From Okeania sp. (GTDB lineage: Bacteria > Cyanobacteriota > Cyanobacteriia > Cyanobacteriales > Microcoleaceae): a stretch of DNA of 32,000 nt. A program made the translations under genes and the position numbers. The number at the start of each line of letters is the position of its first letter. The stretch's first letter is position 1. The stretch spans positions 88,361-120,360 of the forward strand of contig NZ_JAYKGW010000210.1 in the NCBI RefSeq assembly GCF_035285525.1, written 5' to 3'. The notes under the pieces are model-generated. The model was not told the origin of the DNA, did no database searches, and was given only the letters and a program-made list of their open reading frames with translations. Positions 9,747-19,006 of this stretch are shown here, piece after piece.

Positions 9747-9998
9747 ATGTTAACTGACGCTCTCACAATTCGCCACTATCAAAAACTAACCGACGCCCTC
9801 GTCGAAATGTGGAACCGTGGTTATCGCTACGAGGAAATGCGTATATATTTAGATGGATATCTAACATCCTTGAGAATCTCTAAAGCGATCGAACCATTTC
9901 TAATCAATAGATTGGAAGAAGAAACGACTCGCTATATATATGATCCTTCAAATTTTGAAATGCAATTACAAACTCAGGCAACAGTAGATTACTATTAG
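9747..9998 (+). CDS. Small conserved cyanobacterial hypothetical protein (83 aa)
   Basis: Clean ORF with non-repetitive sequence (…RHYQKLTDALVEMWNRGYRYEEMRIYLDGYL…RLEEETTRYIYDPSNF). It resembles a widespread cyanobacterial DUF family from memory. Confidence 0.6.
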   Translation: MLTDALTIRHYQKLTDALVEMWNRGYRYEEMRIYLDGYLTSLRISKAIEPFLINRLEEETTRYIYDPSNFEMQLQTQATVDYY

Positions 9999-10001
9999 AC
10001 T

Positions 10002-10163
10002 GTAAGCATTCAGCTATTAGCACCTCAGCTATAAGTAATAAAGTCGGAGTTAGTGTAGTAAGCTCTTGGCATCAATAATAATAGTAATACTGTTATTTAA
10101 AACTAGGAACAATAGCTGTCTTCGGCTCCTAGATAGGATACTAGCTGAGGGCTGAATGCTTAC
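10002..10163. mobile_element. MITE-like element, family A, complete copy
   Basis: GTAAGCATTCAGC at 10002 and its complement GCTGAATGCTTAC ending at 10163. The element is 162 bp and starts 4 nt after the stop of the 9747..9998 CDS. Confidence 0.7.
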
Positions 10164-10198
10164 ATGAAACTACAAGTCTGAATCATAAAAATATAAAC

Positions 10199-10300
10199 AG
10201 GACTAAAGCCACGGGAACCCAGAAACCCGGTACGAGCGTGGATATTTCTTGTCAAAAACAATGATTTACCGTAGAAACCGGGTTTCTTTGCATAAGTCCT
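10199..10300. mobile_element. MITE-like element, family B (AGGACT...CCAGAAACCCGGT ... AGAAACCGGGTTTCTTTGC...AGTCCT)
   Basis: Termini AGGACT/AGTCCT with an internal inverted AGAAACCCGG / CCGGGTTTCT pair. Related copies lie at 2141-2193 (partial), 20920-21005 and 22441-22543. Confidence 0.6.
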
Positions 10301-10304
10301 GATC

Positions 10305-10552
10305 AAAATAAAAGATGTGAAAATGAAGGGTATTTGACAGTACACTTCATTTTTTTTGTTTAAGCTAAATTGCGAATTTATTTTACATCAAATATGTTGA
10401 TTTTAGATAATCAGATTTTACCTTAAAATATAAAAATAAAAGATGTGAAAATGAAGGGTATTTGACAGTACACTTCATTTTTTTTGTTTAAGCTAAATTG
10501 CGAATTTATTTTACATCAAATATGTTGATTTTAGATAATCAGATTTTACCTT
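10305..10552. repeat. Perfect 120-bp direct duplication (10305-10424 and 10433-10552) separated by AAAATATA
   Basis: I compared the two copies base by base and they are identical. Each contains the AT-rich hairpin AATGAAG-N16-CTTCATT followed by T7. Confidence 0.95.
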
Positions 10553-10658
10553 TAGTATTGGTAATAACTCCAAGTTTAGGGGTTTGCTTTTCAAACCCCT
10601 ACAATATTAAATTGTACTGCTCCTCACAGATTTGATATTTTTAATAATACCAATATTT

Positions 10659-10994
10659 CTAGGAAGCTGAAGCAATAACTAACTTTTGTTGTAGCTCTTC
10701 TTTCTTGTTATTGAACATTTCAATCATTACATCTGAGCCTCCAAGAAATTCTCCATCGACGTAAACCTGGGGAATAGTCGGCCAATTAGAATATTCCTTA
10801 ATTCCTTGCCTAATTTCTGGATCTTCTAATACATCATAAGTTTCATAAGTTGCCCCTAAAATATTCAATATTTGAACTACGTTATTAGAGAAACCACACT
10901 GAGGCATCAACTTATTACCCTTCATAAAAACCATAATTTTATTCTCAGTAACTAAGTCATCAATTTTTGCTTTTAATTCTGGAGTTAGAGTCAT
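10659..10994 (-). CDS. grxD: Monothiol (Grx4-family, CGFS-type) glutaredoxin
   Basis: 111 aa with active site PQCGFS and the [16 protein letters not shown] motif. It lies immediately downstream of a BolA-family gene. Confidence 0.9.
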   Translation of the reverse strand: MTLTPELKAKIDDLVTENKIMVFMKGNKLMPQCGFSNNVVQILNILGATYETYDVLEDPEIRQGIKEYSNWPTIPQVYVDGEFLGGSDVMIEMFNNKKEELQQKLVIASAS

Positions 10995-11056
10995 GTTTAT
11001 TTCCTCAATTTTATAGATGTTTATTTCAGTTTTGGTTGGTATTTAAAAAGTAGAAA

Positions 11057-11314
11057 TTAAGCAGTTTGTCCTGCTGCTTTCCACTCTTCAGGAGTATAAG
11101 TTTTCAAAGCTAAAGCATGGATAGCTTCGGAAGCCATAGGTTCTTTTACCGCAGCGTAAACCATTTGATGTTGTTTGACCAGAGTTTTCCCTTCAAACTC
11201 AGAGGAAACAACAATAGCTTGTAGGTGGTCTCCACCTCCAGTTAAGTCTTGGACTTGTACTTGAGCATCTGGCAACTTAGCTTTAATCATTAACTCAACT
11301 TGCTCTAGATTCAT
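11057..11314 (-). CDS. BolA family protein
   Basis: 85 aa with the [28 protein letters not shown] and [14 protein letters not shown] motifs typical of BolA/IbaG. Pairing with a monothiol Grx gene is a well-known association. Confidence 0.85.
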   Translation of the reverse strand: MNLEQVELMIKAKLPDAQVQVQDLTGGGDHLQAIVVSSEFEGKTLVKQHQMVYAAVKEPMASEAIHALALKTYTPEEWKAAGQTA

Positions 11315-11614
11315 AATTTTTCCCCTGTCATTTCAGTTATGAGTTATCAGTACAGTACCTCGCAGCTATTGCCGGAGGCTAAAATACTGATCAGCCGTTT
11401 GAGAGGCTTTTTCTTCAGAAAAGTATATTGAAAAATACGTTTTTTTGAAGATTCTTACTCCCCATACCCCCCAGATTCTCGACTTTCCCCAGAAGGTTTT
11501 CAGGAGTTACTTATAAAGGATAGCCTTGAAAGGGGGGAGGCTTTAGACCCAATATTTCTGTAAAAGTTACTGTTATTTTACATTTTAATTAAGAGATTAG
11601 GATATAGTAGGGAA

Positions 11615-12328
11615 TTAGTTATTTCCAGAAGACCGAGGATAGGGAACATCTACAAACCCCAACTCTAGTAACTGTTGGTAAGCTTTTTTTCCTAAATCAC
11701 GAGTAGGTTGCTGAGAAGTAATGATTTGAACTAATAATGGTACTGCTAGTTCAGGTTGGTTTTGTGCCCGGTGGACGAGAGCTAACTGATAAGTAGCTTG
11801 GTCTCTCATCTGAGCAGTTTCTAGAGCTTTGCCCCGTTGGCCACTCGATACGCGATTATCAATACCCGAAAAACTACCAGCTAATTGACTATAGAAATTT
11901 GAAAGTTGATTAAATATTTGACGAGCTTCTTGCAACTTCTGGCTGGCTAAATCATAATTCTCTTCAGCAATAGCATTTTCAGCTTCGGTCATTAAGTTTT
12001 GGCCTCCCTGAATACTTAGCAGACTATTCTGTGGCTCTAAGGGACGAATATTTTCAGGTTGGGTGAGTTCTGCTGGTTGGACTGGAATAGGGGTAGAGTT
12101 TTCTGACTCTATTTCAGGTTGGGTGGGTTGTACTTCAACGGGAATAGGAATAGAATTTTCTGGCTCTACAGTTTCTTCAGATTGAGCATTAAGTGGTTGT
12201 TGTACAAGTGTTAAACTTAACACAATTAAAAGAGTCAAGTTGAATGTGGAGTAAACAAAACGAATAGGTTTGGCAAATACCATAATTCTTTTGGTAGATT
12301 TGTATAAATCAGAAACTATTTTTAACAT
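11615..12328 (-). CDS. Hypothetical exported/anchored protein with an internal proline-rich duplication and a helical (TPR-like) C-terminal half
   Basis: 237 aa. N-terminal hydrophobic segment FNLTLLIVLSLTLV, duplicated ENS(I/T)PIPV..QPTQPE units, and a C-terminal helical repeat-like region. Confidence 0.6.
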   Translation of the reverse strand: MLKIVSDLYKSTKRIMVFAKPIRFVYSTFNLTLLIVLSLTLVQQPLNAQSEETVEPENSIPIPVEVQPTQPEIESENSTPIPVQPAELTQPENIRPLEPQNSLLSIQGGQNLMTEAENAIAEENYDLASQKLQEARQIFNQLSNFYSQLAGSFSGIDNRVSSGQRGKALETAQMRDQATYQLALVHRAQNQPELAVPLLVQIITSQQPTRDLGKKAYQQLLELGFVDVPYPRSSGNN

Positions 12329-12565
12329 ATATTTAGTGATTATGCAGAAACCAGATTTATCAAGGAATTTCGTAATTTAAAAAACAATAATCAGGTTGAT
12401 TACCTAATTTTTTGTTTTGATGCTTTATTTGGCAAGTTCTGATATTATCACTATTTTCAAAATATATATTTTAGGGTTGGCGCTCAAAGTCTGATGGTTA
12501 GGGTAGGAGTAGGGAGTAGGGAGTAGGGAGTATGTAGAGACCTTCTATGGAAGGTCTTTATATAG

Positions 12566-12824
12566 TTGAGCATTTAGCTATCAGCTTGCCTCCTTGGTCG
12601 TAGCTGTCATGTCCCGCAGCGTTTGATGTCAGCTCAAAGGCCGAAAACAGCTATTAACTTTAGAGAATAAATTTAATAAATAATATCAAATCGAGTAGTA
12701 TTGGTACAATCTAATTTTGTATAGGTTTGGTCTTCAAGAATTAGAAAGATTGGAGTTTTTGCTAATATTAGTTTTATCCTCCAAAGGTGTATTTGATATT
12801 AATAGCTAATAGCTGAATGCTTAC
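12566..12824. mobile_element. MITE-like element, family A (divergent left end GAGCATTTAGCTATCAGC; right end AGCTGAATGCTTAC)
   Basis: Terminal motifs are shared with the 10002, 13043 and 20832 copies. The interior carries other dispersed motifs. Confidence 0.45.
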
Positions 12825-13042
12825 TTACAGAGTTAGGATTTAGGGGTGTTGTAAAAGAGATAGTCATTCATAATTATCCTTTAGTTTTTCTATCATAATT
12901 ACCCCGTTTAGGTTCAATTTTTCTGCTCCATCAATCAATCGAAAATTTGGTACTTTTACGGTTCCCGATACATCAGTATCTAAAATTTTTCAAACCTTTA
13001 TATCTAAATGCTGTGATATTTAATTAAGAAGCCCTACTTTAG

Positions 13043-13186
13043 GTAGGCATTCAGCTATTAGCAATAATACCTTATTTTTCATGAATATGAAGCCGACTTT
13101 TCGACTTTTGTAGTCAGGTTGAATTCTAGTTTAATAATATGGTTTTTATCACAAATCAAAATCATAGCTGATAGCTGAATGCTTAC
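13043..13186. mobile_element. MITE-like element, family A
   Basis: GTAGGCATTCAGCTATTAGCAATAATA at the left and ATAGCTGATAGCTGAATGCTTAC at the right; 144 bp. Confidence 0.65.
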
Positions 13187-13293
13187 TACTTTAGAGCTTT
13201 GGCAAAAGTAAAAGTCAAAAATTTTTTCGTACATTTTTCTGAAAAATATTTTGTACGTTTTTAGCTTTGAGCTATTTACCGAATAATTAATAA

Positions 13294-13569
13294 TTAGGGC
13301 TTGGTGATTTATTGGGAACCGTAACAGTCTTTTAGTAGCAGGGAGAAGCGAAAATCGGTGAATCCAGAATCCAGAAGGAACAAGGAATTACAGAAGAGGT
13401 AGGAGGAAGAATTATCCCTTGATTTTCTATCACAATTAGCCGATTTTTAGGGAACCGTAAATCCTAGAATTTTTAGCTTTCAAGACTTAAAAGCTGGTAC
13501 TTTTTCACAACCTAAAAAAGCGCAAATATTTATCTATAAAGACTTTTCTATTTAATCAGCAAGACCTAA
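13294..13569. mobile_element. MITE-like element, family C
   Basis: Left end TTAGGGCTTGGTGA, right end TTTAATCAGCAAGACCTAA (imperfect inverted repeat). Internal GGGAACCGTAA motifs and a purine-rich tract are shared with 3977-4232. Confidence 0.55.
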
Positions 13570-13747
13570 TTAAATAATTAAATAATTCGCGCCTTGAAGC
13601 CTCCCCTTTAAAGAGGAAAAAGCAGTCATCAGCGGAGCTTCCCGTAGGGTGAGATTGATAAGTTCCCTAACCATTTATAATCTCCCCTTGAGAAATAAAT
13701 TTTTTCCTTTTATTTAATCCTCTTCCTTCTAGGGAGAGGTAATTATC
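13570..13747. mobile_element. MITE-like element, family D (TTAAATAATTAAATAATT ... GGTAATTATC)
   Basis: The reverse complement of 13681-13747 matches 19007-19075 closely. The CCTTGAAGCCTCCCCTTTAAAGAGG hairpin motif is shared with 6064-6095, 11521-11550 and 19085-19120. Confidence 0.5.
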
Positions 13748-13853
13748 AATTATCCATTATTGAATTTAGCTTGAGATAAAAGCTTTATTAATTGAAGTAA
13801 ATAGACAGCTACCTCTTTGCTATTCATGACTTCTGGAATAGTTATTTAATAAA

Positions 13854-14540
13854 CTATTTTTTTGATAAAAATGGTGGTAATTTCCATAAATGGGGTTCAA
13901 ATTCTGTGAGAGAATTAAGAATTTGATGAGCAGAATCAAATTCTTTTTTATCCATATCAGGATCGGGAACAATAACTACGGACATTCCGGCTGCTAAAGC
14001 AGCTTCCATTCCTGCTAAAGAGTCTTCAAATACTAAACATTTTTCTGGGGAAACATTTAATCTTTCAGCAGCTATTAAAAAAATATCTGGCGCTGGTTTT
14101 CCTTGTTTAATACTTGGATCGTCTCCTCTAACAATATAATCAAATAATTGGAACCATTCTTGATGATTTTTGGTTTTTAAATTGAATGGTTCATGGGAGG
14201 AACTGGTGGCTACTGCTTGAGGAATTTTATGTTGATATAAATGTTGAGTAAGACGAACTGCACCTGGCATTGGTTTAGCATTAGGAAAGCGTTGATATGT
14301 GAGATTATTTCTTTGTTGAAGATAATTTTCGGGAGTAACAGGTAGTTCTAATAGTTCTACAATTTTTCTGGCAGAATCTATAGATTTTCTACCAGTAATT
14401 TGACATTTTATATGTTTGTCGAAAATTTTGCCGTAACGGCTAGTTAATTCTTGGTTTACTTCAGCATGAATTGATTCTGTATCTAAAAGTAAACCATCTA
14501 AATCATAGATAATATGGCTAATGTTTGGAAAATTATTCAT
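13854..14540 (-). CDS. HAD-IA family hydrolase (phosphatase / beta-phosphoglucomutase-like)
   Basis: Motif I IYDLDGLLLDTE, motif II VATSS, motif III/IV KPAPDIF...FEDSLAGMEAALAAGM. I place the start at the ATG at 14538-14540 (MNNFPNISHIIYDLDG). The 17-codon extension in the ORF track is translated heptamer repeat. Confidence 0.85.
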   Translation of the reverse strand: MNNFPNISHIIYDLDGLLLDTESIHAEVNQELTSRYGKIFDKHIKCQITGRKSIDSARKIVELLELPVTPENYLQQRNNLTYQRFPNAKPMPGAVRLTQHLYQHKIPQAVATSSSHEPFNLKTKNHQEWFQLFDYIVRGDDPSIKQGKPAPDIFLIAAERLNVSPEKCLVFEDSLAGMEAALAAGMSVVIVPDPDMDKKEFDSAHQILNSLTEFEPHLWKLPPFLSKK

Positions 14541-14552
14541 TTTTTTTAGTGA

Positions 14553-14588
14553 ATAGGGAATAGGGAGTAGGGAGTAGGGAGTAGGGAG
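14553..14588. repeat. Heptamer tandem repeat (AGTAGGG / CCCTACT type)
   Basis: AATAGGGAATAGGGAGTAGGGAGTAGGGAGTAGGGAG. The same heptamer arrays occur at 8866-8885, 9186-9217 (complement), 12503-12536 and 22321-22357. Confidence 0.85.
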
Positions 14589-14644
14589 CATAAGTTATAG
14601 TTCTGAAAATAGAAAATAAGAAAAATAACTGTACATCTATCATA

Positions 14645-15226
14645 ATAATAATTCAGCTATTAGCCGTCAACTAGCCTCCTGGGTCTGAACTTCGTTAACA
14701 GCAATAATATCCAAACCTTAAGGAGAGGTTTTAAATAAAAATAACCTTTAAAGTAACCTTTGATAATAATATTTAATTCGCCTCAATTAAATATTGCTTT
14801 TATCTAAAACTAAAATAAATAGAGTTTGCTGAAAAAGTCTTTTTGCCAATATCTAGAGTAGGGAGATTGTATACAACTTCCTTACATAGTGAAGCTTTAT
14901 GGGTTTATTTTTCAGGAAGATTTTTATACACAAATCAAATAGGAAATAGGATTACTATATTTGCAGAGGATAACCTAGAAAAACCTGACAAATAAAACCT
15001 AATATCTAATAGTTATCTAGTAAGTATTCAGTCGTGAACAAACAGCATTCAGCTATTTATTTTAGTTTTAAATAAAAGCTTTATTAGTTGAGGCAAATAG
15101 AATCTTAATATCAAAGTCAACTTTAAAGGCTATATTCATTTAAAGCTATTTTAAGGTTTAGATAGGATTTGCTGAATGCGAACCCATTCCGCAGGAAGAG
15201 CTGACGGCTAATAGCTGAATACTTAC
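14645..15226. mobile_element. Foldback-type composite element (about 580 bp) with family-A termini and long imperfect inverted arms
   Basis: Outer ends ATTCAGCTATTAGCCGTCA (14651) and TGACGGCTAATAGCTGAATACTTAC (to 15226). Inner arms 14708-14822 and 15053-15165 are reverse complements at roughly three-quarters identity by eye. Confidence 0.55.
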
Positions 15227-15231
15227 TCTAG

Positions 15232-15782
15232 TTAACTAACAATAATAGTTTCATAGATTATTTTAGTAAAGTGTTTTAAATCAGGAGTTTTCATACCAAC
15301 AATTTTAGCTTGGTCATCCCAAATTATTAATTTTACAGCATCTTCTACATAAGGTTGCTGAATAAATTCGGTTGCAGTTTCATTAGAAAATATTCCACTT
15401 TGTAATTATAAACTTATTTTAGAAGCTGGAGATAAGGTTGCAAAATAATCAGGTTTTGTTGCACAAAGATAATGTTTAGCATCAACATGAAGTCTAATTG
15501 CTTCTGTTACAGTTTCTCCAAATAAATGTTTTAATATTTTATACTATGATATTCGTGATGGTTATTAATTACTTTATTTTCTGCATCTTCTCCTAAGTCG
15601 AGAATTAGATGTCCGAGGTCGTGAAATAAGCAAGATATTATTAGTTCATTATTTGCTTTTGTTTGTTCTGCTAAAGTTGCATATTGGAGGGCGTGTTCTA
15701 GTTGAGTAACTCCTTCTTGACTATATTGGGAATGATCTTTAGAAGAGAGAGTTGTCAGCATTGTTTCAATATCTCGTTTCAT
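15232..15782 (-). pseudogene. Phosphonate-degradation-associated HD-domain protein (PhnZ-like, TIGR03276-type), inactivated
   Basis: The N-terminal part is intact (LEHALQYATLAEQTKANNELIISCLFHDLGH). A frame change lies near 15531-15545. The sequence continues in another frame as YKILKHLFGETVTEAIRLHVDAKHYLCATKPDYFATLSPASKISL-stop(15406-15408)-LQSGIFSNETATEFIQQPYVEDAVKLIIWDDQAKIVGMKTPDLKHF..., with the native stop at 15232-15234. Confidence 0.7.
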
Positions 15783-16074
15783 GTTGATTTTGTGTTAGGG
15801 AATTACTAAAAAATTAATTCTTAGGAGTTGGTTCAATAGATTGATTACTCATTTAATTTGTGTCAGAGCCAATCAAAATTATACTGTGATTTTTAGATTA
15901 TTTTTAGTAGTTCATAAAGATAAAGTAGAGGGAAAGAATTGAGCAGTTCTTTGGGATGATTAATTTTATTTTTTATTATTGGAGATGCCTAATGATTGAC
16001 TAAAACTATTGTGCAGTAGTTAATTTTTTAGATTTTAGATAAAGTTAGTAGGTTAGCGATCGCTTCATTTCGAC

Positions 16075-16435
16075 TTAATTGATAATTAATTTAATAGGAA
16101 TTAGGCAAAGCTACTATATATAGAGTTAAAAAACTATTGCACCATAGTTTTAAGCACCATATATATGGTTGCTGCTTAAGTCCTAATTAATTGATAGTTA
16201 ATTTAATAATAATTAGGCAAAGGTACTATATATAGAGTTAAAAAACGATTGTACAATAGTTTTAAGCACCATATATATGGTTACTGCTTAAGTCCTATGA
16301 TAATTATTTCAACTGTTGTACAATAGTTAATTTTTTAGATTTTACAGGACTTACGCAACGACCCTGGATATGGTGCTTAAAACCCCATGCGCAATAGTTT
16401 TTTTTAACTCTATATTAGTACCTTTTCGTAAGTTC
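16075..16435. repeat. Complex repeat: two direct 110-bp units (16075-16184, 16187-16296; 112-bp period) plus one partial inverted unit (16346-16435)
   Basis: Units share TTAATTGATA.TTAATTTAATA..AATTAGGCAAAG.TACTATATATAGAGTTAAAAAAC.ATTG.AC.ATAGTTTTAAGCACCATATATATGGTT.CTGCTTAAGTCCT. The reverse complement of 16346-16435 aligns to the same unit. Confidence 0.8.
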
Positions 16436-16506
16436 TGTTTTAGATAAAATCAAGTGGGGTATTGAACCTCTCTCTACCTCTAACTTCTAACTTCTACTGT
16501 AAAAGT

Positions 16507-17629
16507 TCAAGCAACACGAAAACCATTAACAACTACCGAAGTTAAATGAGGAACAATTCCATCATCATAAACTGTAATTAAATCAGCACATTTACCAACT
16601 TCCAAACTTCCTCTATCCTCAAACAAATTAATAGTTTTAGCCGGATTAGTTGTCACTAACTTCATAGTTTCATAAACAGGTTTATTAGTTTTATGACTAA
16701 TCAAAAAAACAGACTGTAATAAACTCCGAGGCACATAATCTGAAGAAATTACATCAACTAAATTTTGCTCTACTAATTCTATAGCTGATACATTACCAGA
16801 ATGGGAACCACCTAAAACTAAAGTAGGCGCACCCATCAAAACTTTTAATCCATAATTATGAGCCGCTTTTGCAGCAGTTAAAGTTGTGGGAAATTCCGAT
16901 AATACTGCACCATTTTCGACAGCTTCTTCCACATGATTTATTGTCGCATCATCGTGAGAAGCTAAAGATATTTTGTGTTCTTTTGCTATATCAACTAAAC
17001 CTTGACGATTTTTAGCAGCATATTGTTTTTGAATATCCTGACGATAACCAATAAAATTCTTCATTTCTGCCTCACTAATTCCATATTTCCCCATATAATA
17101 TTCTTTATATTTTTCTATACTCACAAATTGTCTTTGACCAGGAGTATGATCCATTAAAGACATGAGAGAAAGAAGAGGATTAGCTGCATATTGTTCGGCA
17201 AAATTACAGATACCTTCAAAAGAAATTTCACAACGTAAATGTAGACGATGATTTGTCAAAAGTTTGCCAGATTTTTGCCTCTCAAAAATAGTTTCAATCA
17301 TACTACCAAAATCTTTAAGTCTAACAGAATTTGGTTTAATATCTCCAATAGCAATTGCATCACAAACTGTAGTAATTCCAGAACTAATTAAGTCACGGTC
17401 GTGATAGGATACTGCTGCGGTTAAAGGCCATTTAATTCCAGGGCGAGGAGAAACACATCTTTCTAAATTGTCTGTATGAAGTTCTATCAATCCAGGCATT
17501 AAATATTCTCCTCCACCATTTTGACCAGTATTAACAATTCCTGGTTGAATTTCGGCAATTTTACCATCACGAACTAATTTCTTGGTCTGGTAATTGTAGT
17601 CGGTAGTTTGTGTAAATTTGTTCGTTCAT
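16507..17629 (-). pseudogene. phnM: phnM (alpha-D-ribose 1-methylphosphonate 5-triphosphate diphosphatase, amidohydrolase superfamily), frameshifted near the N-terminus
   Basis: The 330-aa ORF aligns along its length to E. coli PhnM from LPGLIELHTDNL (…GITTV.DA.AIGD…HRLHLRCE…SLMDH.PGQRQF…LASHDDAT…EFPTT…LMGAP..V.GGSHSGN…SSDY.P.SLL). The ATG at 17627-17629 reads MNEQIYTNYRLQLPDQEISS-stop. The main frame is open upstream to 17626 (…KLVRDGKIAEIQPGIVNTGQNGGGEYLMPGL) but has no start codon there, which implies a frameshift near 17575-17582. Confidence 0.7.
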
Positions 17630-17778
17630 GGTTATTTAATTAATAGTTAATTTTGAGTTAACAGATTAGAACTTTCAGTTTTTCTATAGTATATCTCTGA
17701 GGATTAGAATATCAACTTTTTGCCAGAGAAGAAATAGTCATAGAAATAATAAATAATCAAATGAATAAATCGTAGGTG

Positions 17779-18125
17779 GTTTGGTTTCCCAACCCAAGTT
17801 AAAATTAGTAGAAAATATCTCATCCCTAAAATTTTTTCAGAAGTTATTTACGATTATCATAGCCATCCTAAATAGGTAACAATATTTGAGATAACGGTTT
17901 CTAAATAAAACCCATTTATTCTTTTGGTTTAGAGATTAGAGTTTGGTTTCCCAACCCAAGTTAAAATTAGTAGAAAATATCTCATCCCTAAAATTTTTTC
18001 AGAAGTTATTTACGATTATCATAGCCATCCTAAATAGGTAGCAATATTTCCTCTAACAGTTTCCAAATAAAACCCATTTATTCCTTTGGTTTAGAGATTA
18101 GAGTTTGGAGACCAAACCCCTACAG
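17779..18125. repeat. Tandem duplication of a 162-bp MITE-like unit (17779-17940, 17941-18102) followed by a related hairpin end (18103-18125)
   Basis: The first 100 nt or so of both units are identical (GTTTGGTTTCCCAACCCAAGTTAAAATTAGTAGAAAATATCTCATCCC...). A roughly 30-nt patch in the second half has diverged. Confidence 0.85.
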
Positions 18126-18274
18126 TTTTATATCACAAATCACTGACGATTATTATAGCTAAATGCTTACCCGATAGATTTCATAACTTACTAACAAATT
18201 AATAACTTGAATTTTCAATATTTGTACCTCAATATATGTTAAAATTTAGCAGATGTTTTGATGTATTTATTTAG

Positions 18275-18568
18275 ATGATAGTACATATTGTTTTATTCAA
18301 GTGGCAACCAGATACTTCACCAGAAACTATTGCTTCAGTTATGTCAGCGATAAGAGGAATGAAAGGAAAAGTTCCAGAAATAATTGATTTATCTTGTGGG
18401 GATAATTTTTCCGAACTTTCTCAAGGATTTCAAAATGGTTTAGTAGTTCAAGTTAAGGATAAAGCTGCTCTTGATGGTTATGCTAAAAATCCTGTTCATC
18501 AAGCAATTATTAAGACTTTAATTAAGCCAATTTTGGCAGATAAAATTACTGTTGATTATGAAATTTAA
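18275..18568 (+). CDS. Dabb (stress-responsive alpha/beta-barrel) family protein
   Basis: 97 aa; MIVHIVLFKW…, …HQAIIKTLIKPILADKITVDYEI; size and pattern are typical of the Dabb domain. Confidence 0.8.
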   Translation: MIVHIVLFKWQPDTSPETIASVMSAIRGMKGKVPEIIDLSCGDNFSELSQGFQNGLVVQVKDKAALDGYAKNPVHQAIIKTLIKPILADKITVDYEI

Positions 18569-19006
18569 GAAATAAGACATAAACTCAATAAATTCTTAGA
18601 GGGTACCTTTTCTGGCGGATACCATTTCTCAAAAGTAATGCTATACTTGGAAGGTGGTAAAAATAACTAAAAAAACCACAAAAGCTAGTTAACAATACAA
18701 TTACGTCAATAAATAGTATTTAGAGATAGAAAACCCAAGCATAGCAAAGTTTTTGAGAATAGGTATTACAGGGGTATGTTTTTGGGAATTAAGGGATAAT
18801 AGGGATCGGAGAAAGTAGACAAGGAGGCATTAAATTAGAAACATTAAAACTTAATATCTGCCTTTTTTTTCTCTGGTCTCGTTGATTTTTTTTAGAAAAA
18901 AGGTTTGCGGAAAAGCTTACTCCTCAATAAGGTTTTTATGTAACTTGTCACCCCTTCAGGTTCCAAAAGTAAACCTATTTCAATAATGTATAATTGATCA
19001 TGTATA

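Noticed and set aside
8610-10345. ORFs 8610..8864 (+), 9240..9431 (+) and 10160..10345 (-)
   Set aside because: 8610..8864 and 10160..10345 are read across dispersed repeats (GGTTCCCGAAAAATTGGAGA duplicates, the GGAGACCAAACCCCTAC hairpin, a family-B MITE). 9240..9431 is a low-complexity AT-rich chance ORF with no start context.
14541-14591. N-terminal extension MLPTPYSLLPIPYSLKK of the HAD hydrolase in the ORF track
   Set aside because: These 17 codons are the reverse-strand reading of the AGTAGGG heptamer array. The downstream ATG at 14538-14540 gives the normal distance to the DLDG motif.
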